Shown: positions 12,645 to 24,124, counted from the first letter of the whole stretch. The stretch: DNA of 57,959 bases, filler included, from Sphacelaria rigidula (GCA_964200075.2; 7 parts of 7 records of this genome joined end to end with filler, not necessarily neighbours in it); one strand, 5' to 3'. Translations and numbers: made by a program. Notes: generated by a model not told the origin, from the sequence alone.

Positions 12645-12810
12645 GGCGAGTCCGAGACGGCTCCGTGGTCTCTCAAGCGATAAACACATCTCTCCCCCCG
12701 GTACCCTCCTTGCAGTTCGTCATCGAGGATTGGTTGGATCATGACAATCAGCACTCCCGCACCCAGTCGACTCTCGCCGTGTCTTTTCTTGTTGCTGGCG
12801 TCCTCACGGT
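12645..12810 (-). mobile_element. Diverged SINE family A copy, tail-to-tail with 12335-12530
   Basis: tccgtggtctctcaag...tctcccccggtac...ccttgca...cagcactcccgcac matches the + strand of the 5532-5840 copy. Confidence 0.7.
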
Positions 12811-15456
12811 TAACGACAGACCTAGGCTTTTGCTTTTTACGCGTTTTATTTGAAAAAAAAATATATATATAGGCGTCTTGTTTAAGAATGGGTCACCTTG
12901 TAGCGGAAACCCCGCCGCCGAGGGTTAACAACTATTTGATTTCAGCGTGGAAGGCCGAAAACAAGAACACATGAATTTATGCGAATTATGCGAAAACATC
13001 GTAAAAAGCAAAAGCCTAGACAGAACCCAAGCTTGCTTCACTGTGATGAGCGAGTGAGTTGGGTACGTGCATGGTTTGGTGTGCGCTGTCTCCGAATTGT
13101 GGCACAATGTGATCTATCATGTATCACAGTACGCACGCACACACATATATATATATATATACCTTGAATATAATAATACCACCCACCCTTGTCTCTGCCG
13201 CGCCTGCTGTATACGTATTCGTCAAGTACACGCTGTTCTACTTCCATCTGTTTTTTCTTCCCTTTTCTTCAGTAAGGCTTACAGTTTTGTGTTGTTTGGG
13301 GTACGTCCATCGTGTGACCACGGCTGTATGGACCCCTGAGAAATTAACTAAAGTGAACAATCGATCAGTCAGTCAGACGCAACGAAATCTCTGCATAGCA
13401 GCCCCGATAAGCTCTCGAGGCACGTCACAGGAGAGCCAGTCCCTGAAGCCAGCGGCCCTTGTGGACGACCCACTTGCTGAAGCCCAGAGACCGTGTCAAC
13501 GGGGATTCCAAACCCGCCAACCTCGTTACCCTAACTTTACTCGTTAGATCACCGCCATAGCGCGGCGCGCTGCCACAAAAAAAAATCCAGACAAAAAAAG
13601 CTAACCCCACCTGCTTTTTACCTCTACAATGCACACACACACAACATGAACCAGGAACGTGTAAAAATCGGACAGACAGACAGACAAGAGTCCTCAGTGC
13701 TGTAAGGGCACGCCACATGCGTACGCCACATGCGTGCCAATATCCAATGGCTTCGAGACTGGGGCGCGGGGGCGGCGGGATATTGCTTGCTCTAGTCGTT
13801 TGACCATTGACCGCGAATTAGGGGGGGGGTGTACTCATCATAATGCATGCCATAGTCATAAGACCATTGAATTAGGGGGGGGGGGGTTCCCTAGGGCGAT
13901 ATCCCCAAACCACCCCACCAGGACTAAACCTANNNNNNNNNNGCGCATAAACTGTCTGGACCTCTAGCTAAAAACAGGACGTTCGCAGCCGGGTATACAT
14001 ACTGGAATGGGGGGTCGTGGGTTCCCTAGGGCGATATACGCAACATCCCCTACATGGACTAATACTACCGAACGCGAAGCTTTTTTAACGAACCACGCGA
14101 GCAACGGGACAACCCGCTTCCGTCCGATGTATATCTGTGAACTGCATCAACTGTGGCTCATAAGTGTGTCAGACGACCTGCCACACTCGCGATGTGCTTG
14201 TATTTGGTTACAAACGGTGTCAAGCAGAGTATGAATGAGCGTTATTCGTCTATAACAAGCTCGTTCGAACAACCGTTGCTGCTTTCAACAACAATTTGAC
14301 TTGAAATTTCGTGCAAGAAGTGGCTCAAAATCCCCCCCCCCCCCTTATCGTAGAATGACTCTTCACCAAGTGCACTTTTGGTCTAGTGCATCTATTGACC
14401 ATATATTGTCATCGTCCAGGATGTTAAAAACTCACACAAAAGAAGAAGGTCTTCTTCCACATATTTGCTCGACGTCGAACACCTCAAGGTTTTGCGAACA
14501 CGGTAAAAAAAAAGCAGAAGATACAATACTCTACATCTCGAGAGTTAATGATAACACAACAGCAGAAGAAGGCCTTCCAATTTTTCAACGCGCGCATTTT
14601 TTTCACCATATCCATGAAGTGTTTTATTTCGACCGCGAGTTTGAGCGAGAGTGAAGGAGGACGGAAAATGTGACAACGAAAACAAAAACACACACACCTC
14701 GTCCATGGAGATGGCGCCTTCTCCGCTCTTGATGAAGAACGAAAAATCGAAAATGTTTTCCACGGTCTGTTAGGCCAAGCATAACAACGACAGCGGACGT
14801 CGGGGAGAAAAAAATAAATTAGAAGAAAACGTTGCTTAAAATAAAACATTCGGAGAGCATGCGAGCAAAAAAGCAATCCGAACACAACAAATATTGGAAG
14901 ATTTGTTTAGATAACGAGAAATTTGCCATACTAACAACCGTTTAGAATAGATGACTAACATCTGGGCAAACGAACACCCGTACAAAAAAGTTTGCAGCAG
15001 TGCTGTTATTGATAAAAAGGCACCTCTAAATCAACCGGAATATACCATTTTTATTCTACAGTTGAATAGTTCTCTTCTTTTTCCTCATTTCCGCACGTCG
15101 GACAGATCATGACCTGCCTGAAAAATGATTTCCCTCAGTATGTGACCACGGGTTCGAGAGATCGGACTAATGTGCGGAAATAAGAAAAACAATACTGATA
15201 TTCGGATCATGATCCGGATCATTTGGCCCCCCTTTTCTCCATGTTTGCTCCCTACAACCCCGGACGACGAGCATACCGGGTGGCGCAAAGGCTACGCTCT
15301 GCGCTTTAGTTGTTTTCTGACTCCGTTCGCGGTCACATATCGTGTGTTTTTCAGGGCTCTACACGTCACGCGTGCACGTTTCACGTCAAACGTTCAGCCA
15401 GGCTGGTACTACGGTGGGGGCACACGTGGGGAGCCCTGATCTGACTCGACTTATTA

Positions 15457-15665
15457 GAGGTATCTCAAACTCGGCTCCTGGTATCCTGGTTTGTTTTGTT
15501 CTATTTTTTCAAGTGGAAGTGATGCTGATTCATCAGATGATGAGACCCGTTGACCGCCAGGTCAGGTCCACCCATGAATCGCGATCACTTCCACTTGAAA
15601 AAAGAGTACACAACTCAGAGCCAGCGAATAAAGCAGGATACCGGGAGCCGAGTTTGAGATACCTC
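15457..15665. mobile_element. 209-bp MITE with TA TSD (Tc1/mariner-type signature)
   Basis: TA|gaggtatctcaaactcggctcctggtatcctg ... caggataccgggagccgagtttgagatacctc|TA, plus inner arms ttttttcaagtggaagtgat / atcacttccacttgaaaaaa. Confidence 0.88.
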
Positions 15666-15671
15666 TATTTA

Positions 15672-15789
15672 CCCTTTTGGAACCCATTGACGATTTTGTT
15701 TTCGTGAATCGGCACCGTTTTCAAGTCACTTTCAAGTCAAAATGATGTCGATTCACGAGAACAAAAATCGTCAATGGATTCCACAAGGG
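15672..15789. mobile_element. 118-bp palindromic MITE with CCC..GGG ends (piggyBac-like)
   Basis: cccttttggaacccattgacgattttg / caaaaatcgtcaatggattccacaaggg. A related end near 25365-25383 reads ggttccaaaagggTTAA. The TTAA sites here are degenerate. Confidence 0.65.
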
Positions 15790-16489
15790 TTGGACAGGGC
15801 TCCCCACGTGATCCCGTGGTCCCCCACCGTACAACTAGCCTCGCTTAACTTTTGACGTGAAACGTGAAGCGTGAAACGTGAAACGTGAATGTGTAGCGTG
15901 TAAGGCCTTGGTGTTTTGGATCAATGCATCTGAGAGTCTTCTTTCATCGGTTATTTCAGACGGATCATTATCTGTCCCACGTGTGCTCACTTCCAACTCG
16001 TCCCTTTCCTCGGTACGAGTCTGTCACCTCGAGGAGAAGATCGATCAGGCCATCTCCTTCTCCTGTGTGGTACACGCCCGATACTTCGGTGCCGTGGATT
16101 GGATCATGACTACGTACGACTCACTCACATATCGTGTCGACACTGGTGCAACATGCTCAGCCCGAACAGGCTATGTTTGGTACTACTCACCTACATGCAT
16201 GAATCCTCACGCTTTCAAACGATCGAGAACACATACTTCCGAGGAAAAAAAGAAGCCGAACGATCTCGTCGGGGAGAACAAAAAAAGTAGGACAATGGTC
16301 TAGAAAAGATATACCGTCTCGTCTTTTTGTCCAAGAACGGTACGATAAATGGACAGGAACGCGAAAACAGCAAAACACGCTACTTGGACCGTTTTCCGAG
16401 GGGGGGGGGGGGGGGCTTGGCACCCGGGCCTCGAGAGAAAACGGGGGGAAAATATGTCACTCGCGATATATGGCCATGCGAAAATGGAC

Positions 16490-16589
16490 NNNNNNNNNNN
16501 NNNNNNNNNNNNNNNNNNNNNNNNNNNNNNNNNTTAATTAATTAANNNNNNNNNNNNNNNNNNNNNNNNNNNNNNNNNNNNNNNNNNNN
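16490..16589. other. Artificial 100-bp contig spacer
   Basis: N run with central TTAATTAATTAA. Confidence 0.98.
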
Positions 16590-16715
16590 AATATTGGCCC
16601 GCCCTTGCGGTAGGTCACTCTTACCCCATTGGGTTAGCCCGATATGTGCCCTCTTTCCTTTTCCTAATTTTCTTCACTTCAATGTCATTTCTTCCCTCTC
16701 TTCTTTGTTTGTACT

Positions 16716-18335
16716 TCACTTCCCAGCGAGTTCCTGCGATACGAATTGCGCTCCTTCGCCCCCCGCTCTTACTTACGTCATGAAGGCCAGCGATTTCCAC
16801 CTCCCCGCCCTCTGAGTCTGCAGTTGCGACGCCCCCTGCGCCGCTAGGTGTGTTGCTCCCCCGACCCTACCGGAGTGCAGTGCGAACTCCGTCGGGTCCC
16901 TCCCTGTACTGGAAATTAGTTGCCTAAGTGCGCTTGTCGCGCGTGCCCGAGTGGCTGTTACCCATCCGGTCTTACCTAGGGTCTGCATCAGTGGAGCTTC
17001 TGCCCCCAACTCTGGATGGTAGTCAAGCAGCTCGAGTAGGAGCTCTAGCGCCCCTGTGTTTTCAAATCTTTCCGCACCCCGCGCGCTTCCCTCTACTCTA
17101 GTTCGAGATACCACCGCCCCTAGCCGTTTTAGGTCCGCCTTGGAGGCTCTAAAACGCACCTCGACCCTATCGGCCATGCCCCTGTCTGACCAGATCAGTT
17201 GGGAGTTTTCTCTCAAAAAGGTGAGGTCTCCCCTCCGAAGTTAAAAATTTGGATGTACCGGACCATCGTTGTATGCCCAGATTTCGGAGACCCTGCATAG
17301 AAGAAAATACGATAGGGCTAGGCCTATCCATATGACTCGGCTCTGTGTCGTACCCAACTCTAGCATTCTTTCTTCTACCAACAGCGGTAGCGTCAGCGGT
17401 TTTCGCACGCGGGGCCTTACTTAGGATTTTCCGTGTGCTTGATCCACTCCCTTTAGCACGGCTGCTATCATACAGTGTTTCATAGGTAACTCCCAACCGA
17501 TATGTAATTGAATGCACGTAAATCCAAGTACTCCAGGAGGACCCCATCGATGGCGCAGAGGGAATCAACTGGGTAGAAGCCCGTAGGTAGAATCCTTGCT
17601 GTAATTCATTGATGCATATTATGTATTGACGAACTGGAGAAGACTGGAACAGATGCAACTGAATACTGTGGGGAAACCCAACCGCACAAATCGGGAAAAC
17701 CCATCTCCCTTCCCAGCCATCAATCACACGAGCGCAGCACAACCACACATCCTATGACTGTGTCACATACCATAATCTTACATGGACACATAAAGTACCA
17801 TAATCGTGGTTCTTCCTACACGCCACAAGCCACCGTGCCTATACCAGGAAGTATCATATGTCACATGAGAGATATTCTCATTTTTCGCCCAATTCAACCG
17901 TCGCAAACAGTGCCTGCACTTGACCGTTTTTCCCCGATCCTCAATCGAGGTACATACCTGATCCTTAAACGAGGTACAAACATACTCCAGGCAAATCCAA
18001 TCAACCATGTATATCATACCTGAGTGTGAGTATATTCGATTATATGCATCCTGTGGTAAAAGCTTATCGCTGACAAATACCCCCGCACTGTCCCCCTCTG
18101 CCGCCACGCAATGAATTCAGTGATATCGATGACTGCGCTAGCCTCGCCGTCGGTTCTTGACATATATGCGGGCTTTTCTCGGCGGACCCTCCACTCCGAC
18201 CACGTTTCGAACTTTTTCTCGAACCCGCTTCTTGTGCTGGCGTTAATTGACGTGTGGGCTAGTATTTCTACTAGCTTCGCAACGCCCTTCTCGTCTCTGG
18301 CGGGGCCTCCCTTTTGTCCTGCGATAGTATCACGA
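16716..18335 (-). pseudogene. Tyrosine recombinase (inactivated)
   Basis: Reconstructed translation ...FIAWRQRGTVRGYLSAISFYHRMH|IGWELPMKHCMIAAVLKG...LALSYFLLCRVSEIWAY...FALHSGRVGGATHLAAQG...AGRWKSLAFMT*VRAGG. Several in-frame stops, one at the expected catalytic Tyr (TAA 16773-16775), and a 538-bp insertion. Confidence 0.92.
17505..18042. mobile_element. 538-bp insertion in YR with TATG duplication (solo-LTR-like or non-autonomous element)
   Basis: TATG at 17501-17504 and 18043-18046; short imperfect terminal IR taattgaat / attcgatta. Removing it restores the YR frame (ATG CAT ATC GGT TGG). Confidence 0.85.
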
Positions 18336-18348
18336 GTTCAGCGCGGGT

Positions 18349-19003
18349 TCAGTCCGCTTGTCGGGACACCATGTTCCAGATCTGTTCATCTAGGCTGTGG
18401 TCCAGGGGTCTTTCTTGCAGAATCAACTCGAGTATCTCTCCGCCTCGATTTCGTAGCTCTAGCCGATTCCAATTGAGATTTCCTGTCAACCGTGCTACCC
18501 TCTCGGTCACCTCCGACTCCGGCCATCTCGAGATGCCGTCTGCTAGCTCGTTTTCGACGCCAGATATGTGTTTCGCTATAGTACACCACCCCGTGGTGAC
18601 TTCCATGCGACCCATAATTCGCATCAGGAGGGCGGCGCGTCTGTCTTTTGATTCTCCGCATTTATTTACCCAGTGTACAGCCGACGAGTTGTCGCCGCGC
18701 ATCGGGATAGGGTCCCCTCTCTCTGTGCGCCTTTCGCCCTGAAACATTTGGATAGCGCAGCGGTCATGAACATTCCACACAGTTCTAGTAGGTTGATAGT
18801 GATCGCGCAGGTTGCTCTATTTTTTGCTTTTTTCTTTAGTTCGCATGTGAGCTCATGGAATAAAGAGTGCCGCCAGAATAGCCCGAGCTCTGGGCAGTAC
18901 CCGCCTACCGCTGCCAGGCTCGCGTCGGAGATGTATCTACGAGATGCGGTGCGTTTTGTGTGGGCAAACAATGGAGCGCTGAGCGATTCACCGCGCTGCA
19001 CCA
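18349..19003 (-). pseudogene. RNase H domain of the YR retrotransposon (frameshifted)
   Basis: ORFs 18666..19001 (YISDASLAAVGGY...INLLELCG) and 18349..18780 (RGDNSSAVHWVNK...KHISGVENELADGISRW). Confidence 0.9.
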
Positions 19004-20040
19004 GGTTCCCAAAGTATCTACACTGGTGTCCCAGTTTGTACTTTCGTTAGGTGCAAGGATGGGTATCTCACCCGGCTCTCCGGGACCAAATAGTCTGATG
19101 TGATCCGAGGCTAGAGAAGCTGACGCGGCCAGCGCCGATTTATCTTGCACGCCGTGCTGTACCCTTGCGAGGATATAGTCGTCTACATACACGCTAACGA
19201 AAAAGGGGTCATGCAATTCCCCCCCGTTTGCTGTGGGAATAGCAGCGTCGGGCGAGACCTTCGTAGGTGTCCCTTCTTCACAGGGCTCGACTATGGTCAC
19301 GTGTTTCATCATCTCTCTACCTTCGTCGAGTATTACGGCGTCGAGTATTGTGGTATTGCATTGTGCATGTTCAGCAGCCTGTGATAAGAGTCCCCGATGG
19401 CCGGGGGACCCCGTCCATTCAAACGTAAGCCAAACGTCTGCTACTATAACGTCGTCTATCATGTAGCAGCAGTTTTGTGCCTGGTCGGGCGCGATCCTGA
19501 CATTTCCGAATGCATTCGAGACATCCACCTTTGACAGTAGGGTTCTAGTATACGGAAACTTGACACGTAACCTCTCGATTTCATTCAGTAGGTAGTGCCT
19601 CTCCGCAGAGGCATTGTGGCACCTCGTCCACAATCGTGTCCCGGGGGAGGCCGTTTTTTCCTCCCTTCGGTCCGCTGGGGTCAAACCAAAAATCGTTGAT
19701 GATCCTGACTTTGCTAGTTACTACTGCCCCAAGGGGGGCGGGCCACTCTGAGGCCGCTGATTTCCAGCGCCGGCCCTTTTTCAAACACCAGGCATGTGTT
19801 CCTTCGTACATCCTCAATCAACTTCTCCCAGACTTGAGGCATGTTTTCTTCGATACTGCAGTGATTACCGTATTTCAGTGCTCCTCGAAGAGCGGGAACG
19901 CTGGACGATGTGTTCATTGGGACTCCGTACTCAATCATGTGAAGTAGTTCTCGTATCCGAGGGAAGTGTTTTTGGTTTCCGAAATACTCGTGGACATCTC
20001 TCAGGTTCATCAGCGGTGACACCAAAGTGCCGCCGAGCCC
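19004..20040 (-). pseudogene. Reverse transcriptase of the YR retrotransposon (frameshifted, C-terminal part apparently deleted)
   Basis: Pieces in ORFs 19714..20277, 19581..19817 (APLGAVVTSKVRIINDF) and 18905..19684 (KVDVSNAFGNV...LTFEWTGSPG...VYVDDYIL...DTLG). Confidence 0.92.
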
Positions 20041-20417
20041 TTTGCTACATCTCCGATTCTTCTGTGGTTGAGTCGGACGAGACTCGTGCAGGTGGCGGCT
20101 AGGTCTGTGATGATGCGTTTCATTTATGTTAGGTCTATGTGTGTATTCGAGAGTTCTTGCTGTTGCTGTTTCCACCGGGTATTGAGGTTTTTGCTCGGGT
20201 GGTCTGTGTGTCCGGTTGGTCTTCGGTGGCGTGTGGTCCCAGCTGGAGGTGAATTTTCCACCGACCCGAACTTTCACCTACCGATGATCTCCTTACTATC
20301 GGTGTTGTTTTTTTCTCTGAGGGTTTCTCACTAGTCAACGTGTGCGAGCCGTTGTCTGGGGCTACCTGTGTCTAACTATTGGTCAACAGTTTTGTTCTAG
20401 TACACCGGATGCTGTTT

Positions 20418-21072
20418 TGAACTCGTGCACGCTTTCCGCTCGTCAACATGGACGTGCCGTTGTCCGGGGTTCCCTCGGAACTGCCAGACAACGGGTATTC
20501 TTCTGCACCTCTGTGTTCCTTTGCTCCCCTCAAGTCACTGGTTATCGAGTTTGCACGCTTTTCGCTCGTCAACATGGACGTGCCGTTGTTCAGGGCTCCC
20601 TCGGAACTGCCGAACGCCGGGTCTTCTTCTGCACTGGGTGTGATTCGAATTTCACGGGGAGCGTGAGTTCTGTTATTGTCTGATCTACCGACGTTCAGGG
20701 TTACCTGTGCGTAAGTGCCGACCGCCGGATCTTCATCTGATCGATGATGGCTGGTTCGAACTCTTGCATGCTTTGCGCTCGTCAACATGGACGTGCCGTT
20801 ATCCAGGGTTCCCTCGGAACTGCCAGACAACGGGTATTCTTCTGCACCTCTGTGTTCCTTTGCTCCCCTCAAGTCACTGGTTATCGAGTTTGCACGCTTT
20901 TCGCTCGTCAACATGGACGTGCCGTTGATCAGGGCTCCCTCGGAACTGCCGAATGCCGGGTCTTCTTCTGCACTGAGTGTGATTCGAATTTCACGGGGAG
21001 CGTAAGTTCTGTTATTGTCTGATCTACCGACGTTCAGGGTTACCTGTGCGTAAGTGCCGACCGCCGGATCTG
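20418..21072. repeat. 339-bp tandem duplication with internal 126-bp-spaced subrepeat, between gag and RT
   Basis: gctcgtcaacatggacgtgccgtt starts at 20438, 20564, 20777 and 20903 (spacings 126, 213, 126; all multiples of 3). Confidence 0.95.
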
Positions 21073-21623
21073 CTTCTACACGTCTCCTGTCTGTAGGTAT
21101 GTGCGAAGTGGTGTTGGCGTGGTGTCTGCGTGTACTACTATTGTTTTCATTAGTCGTGGACGTGATCTTGTTGCTGACTTACCTGTGCGCGTTCGTGCTT
21201 TCCGTTGTAGCTCAATGTCGACCGGTTACAGTGATCGTTGGGGCCGTTGATCGCGTGTTTGTTGTTTTTCGTGTCATTGCGCGGGGTGGTGGTCTCATCG
21301 AGTATTTCATGCGTGTGAGCTCTACCGTCCGATCGAGTGTACCCTGCCGGCATTTGCTTGTTACAGTACGTCTTGGCGGGGTTGGTCATGGAATGTTTTG
21401 TCGGTTGTGGGAAATGCGGAATGGGACTACGCGGTCTACTGCTATGACGTGCATATGGGTTGTTACGTGCGTTGGTACTTCTGCTCTCACCGTGAAAGAA
21501 GCTTGCCGCCACCGACCCCGGTTGGGGGGCATGGGCGATACCCACCGACCTCGCTGAGTCCGTGACCGGTGCTCCTCCTCTCCCCGGACTTGTAGGCCCC
21601 GCCGACTGGTGGAGCCCGCACCC

Positions 21624-23743
21624 TCAGGTGCCCCGCCCAGCTCCGCCATTTCGGCCGAAGCTGTGGGGAAAGCGCGCCACTGTACTCGCTGCGGCCGCCG
21701 GTACCGCTGGTGCGGGTGGTTTTGCCGTCGTCGCCGTCGGGGCTGTTGGAGTTATCTGGAACGCCGCTGGCGGCTGGAGTGGAGGGCCTCCGACGGCTTC
21801 ATGCTTGCTGGTGTGGTCCAGGAGGCGGCAGCCGCGCCCCCGTGGGCATGTGGAGCCCTGCCAAGCTCGTAAGTAGACGCCCGCCGGCGGGGCCCATGAC
21901 GCCAGTTCCGTGTTGAAATCGGTGTTTGGTGGTGTGAGGTGTTGCCACTGGGGCGGGTACTGCGGAGGGTGGGGAGCGACGCGTTTGACCGCGTTGCTCG
22001 TGCCCCCGTCGGCGAGTGCCTTTCGCTTGACGGCTGTCTTGGGGGCGGGCTGCGCGGATGAGCCTGCTACCGCGAGCCCGGGGTTTTGGCGACCGATGAG
22101 GCTGCTGGGTTGGCCGTCGGCGGTTAGCGTCTTAACGCGGGCAAAAAACGGTACCGGCGCCGCGAGGCCCTGCCCGTTGGCGGGTGGGGCGGCGGGAGAC
22201 TCCATGCGTAGATTCAGCCCCGCGTCCCTGTACACTGTGAGCCAACCGTTGATGTGGTTGAAATCAGTGGTTATGAGCGTTTTGACGGCCGCCTCGTCTC
22301 TGTGTAGAGCGGCGAATATTTTTCTGGTATACGCGTCCAGTGCCGACGCCATCCTCGTCAGCTCTCCTGTGATGAAGGCTCTCCGATCCCGCCCGCCGTT
22401 GTTGTCGGTGGTGCCGAAGTTGATGATGATGGCCAGCGCCTTGGTGAATGTTGTGACATGGACCTCAGCGCGAAAGTAGTTTTTTTTTATGCCAGGCGGC
22501 ACCGGGGAGTGGAAGTTGGTGACGTCTACGTCGGTCAACGTCTGGAGATTCCTCAGCATGCCCCGTTGGTGTCGGCCACGTCGCGGAGTTTTAGTTTCAA
22601 GTTTGCCTTAGACATGGGAATGGAAATGGAGACCCCGCCCCTGAGGATGTGGAAGAGTGCCTTATTTTCGTCCGAGAGCCAGCTGTTGATCTCCCGCTTC
22701 TCTTGAATTTCTTCGGTCTTCTTCGTACTGGCGGGGGCAGTGTTGGCCGCTCTCATTGCATGCATGAGTTGTTGGATCTGCCACCCTCCGCCACTGAGAA
22801 GTCGAAGGAGTTGGTGGACCGGGATTTGCGGCTGTGCTTGGTGGTATTGCTGTGGCTGCTGTCGATGGAGTTGCTGTACGTGGTGCTGGTCCGGCTGCGA
22901 TTGCGGTTGTTGCTGCGGCGGCTGCGGCTGTTGGTATTGGTGCTGCGGTTGTTGGTGCTGCTCGTGCCGCTGAGGTTGATGATGTTGCTGCTGCTGTTGC
23001 GGTTGATGATGGTGATGTGGCTGCGGCTGTTGGTGTTGGTGCTGCGATTGTTGGTGCTGCTCGTGCTGCTGAGGTTGATGACGTTGCTGCTGCTGTTGGG
23101 GTTGATGATGGTGATGTGGCTGCGACTGTTGGTGTTGCTGATGCGGTAGTGGCCTTCCGATGGGTGGCGGCAGTGGGACGTTGGGTGCAAGCAGGCAGGC
23201 CCCATTTGCTTTCCCCCCCGCCATTTGCTGTTGCTGTGCGGCGCTCGCCGGCTGCCGGCCGATCCCGCCTTGGACGGCCCCGCCTGGCGGTTGTGGTTGT
23301 CCGTACTGGAGAAGATGTACCTGCTGTTGAAGGTTCGAGAGTGCCTGGCTCTGTTGCTACTGTCTATGAAGGTTTTGCTGGTGTTGCTGTTCCATGTTGA
23401 TGTTCGTTTTCGCCTGTGCCTGCAGGATTTGAGCTGGAATGTCTGATGGCTGACTTGGGCCAGGTGGGGGTCCGAGTGGCGGTGAGGGAGGTGCAGGTGC
23501 GTCACTGTTCAACTGGCCTGCACTACCTTGCGGGCGGGCATGCTGGTTGACGGAGATTGGGTTGCTGTGCGTGCCTCCGGCTTGTGATGCCAAGGCTCGT
23601 CTTGGTTCCCGTCCTGCGGCCTTTTCCTCTTTTGCTCCCGCCGTTGCTCGAGCTCCTGATGTGCAGCGGGGGTGTTGGCCTTGGCTTTGCGAAGTTGCTC
23701 CTGCCGTTGCTGCCGCTGGTCTCGATGCTGATGTGTTGTCCAT
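21624..23743 (-). pseudogene. gag-like ORF1 of the YR retrotransposon with Q/H/P-rich low-complexity tract
   Basis: ORFs 23357..23743 and 22553..23224 share a frame split by one TAG; an apparent frameshift near 22560 leads into 21624..22559. Called gag by position only. Confidence 0.65.
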
Positions 23744-23831
23744 TGCAAAAATCGATCAAGTGCCAGGGACTACTGTACTACTGAGACTGCTGGCGTGTCG
23801 CTGACTGATCAACTGTTCTCGGGTGATACTG

Positions 23832-24124
23832 CACGGGTGGCCACTGGGGTCTGTCACCTTGCCTTTTTGGGGTCTTATCCACCTTTGGTAAGGTCCGCGG
23901 ACTAGGTGGACACCTGAAGAGCATTCGCATAGCGTGGAAAGGTTCGAAACAAAACATGTTCCAGTCTGCAGGGGAGTCACCCGCCTATAGACTGGGACAT
24001 CTTTTGTTTGGATCCTGTCCATGCTGTGCGAATGCTCCTCAGCTATCTACCCAATCCGCGGACCTTACCAAAGGTGGATAAGGTCCCAAAATGGCCAGCT
24101 TACAGACCCCAGTGGTCACCCGTG
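23832..24124. repeat. 293-nt imperfect palindrome (long hairpin)
   Basis: Arms of about 140 nt align without indels around a tiny loop near 23978; 28-bp perfect core cttatccacctttggtaaggtccgcgga. Confidence 0.95.

Larger units (their letters stand above)
15352..15910. mobile_element. hAT-like non-autonomous element (CAGGGC..GCCTTG ends, 8-bp TSD) containing two other MITEs
   Basis: Arms 15352-15438 and 15795-15910 are reverse-complementary (cacgtttcacgtcaaa / tttgacgtgaaacgtg; cacgtggggagccctg / cagggctccccacgtg). Flanks gtgttttt (15344-15351) and gtgttttg (15911-15918). Confidence 0.8.
16590..24124 (-). mobile_element. Degenerate tyrosine-recombinase retrotransposon (DIRS/Ngaro class): gag-like, RT, RNase H, YR
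   Basis: Domain order on the minus strand with RT YVDD, RNase H SDAS / INLLEL / GDNSSAV / NELADGISR and YR CRVSE / HSGRVGGAT / GRW. The 3' end is cut by the contig edge and the 5' boundary is uncertain. Confidence 0.93.

Noticed and set aside
12524..12754. Poly-leucine membrane protein ORF
   Set aside because: Translation of the (TAA)n microsatellite.
22649..23400. Leu-rich, Cys-rich and Ala/Val-rich plus-strand ORFs
   Set aside because: Antisense readings of the CAG/CAA-rich gag tract.
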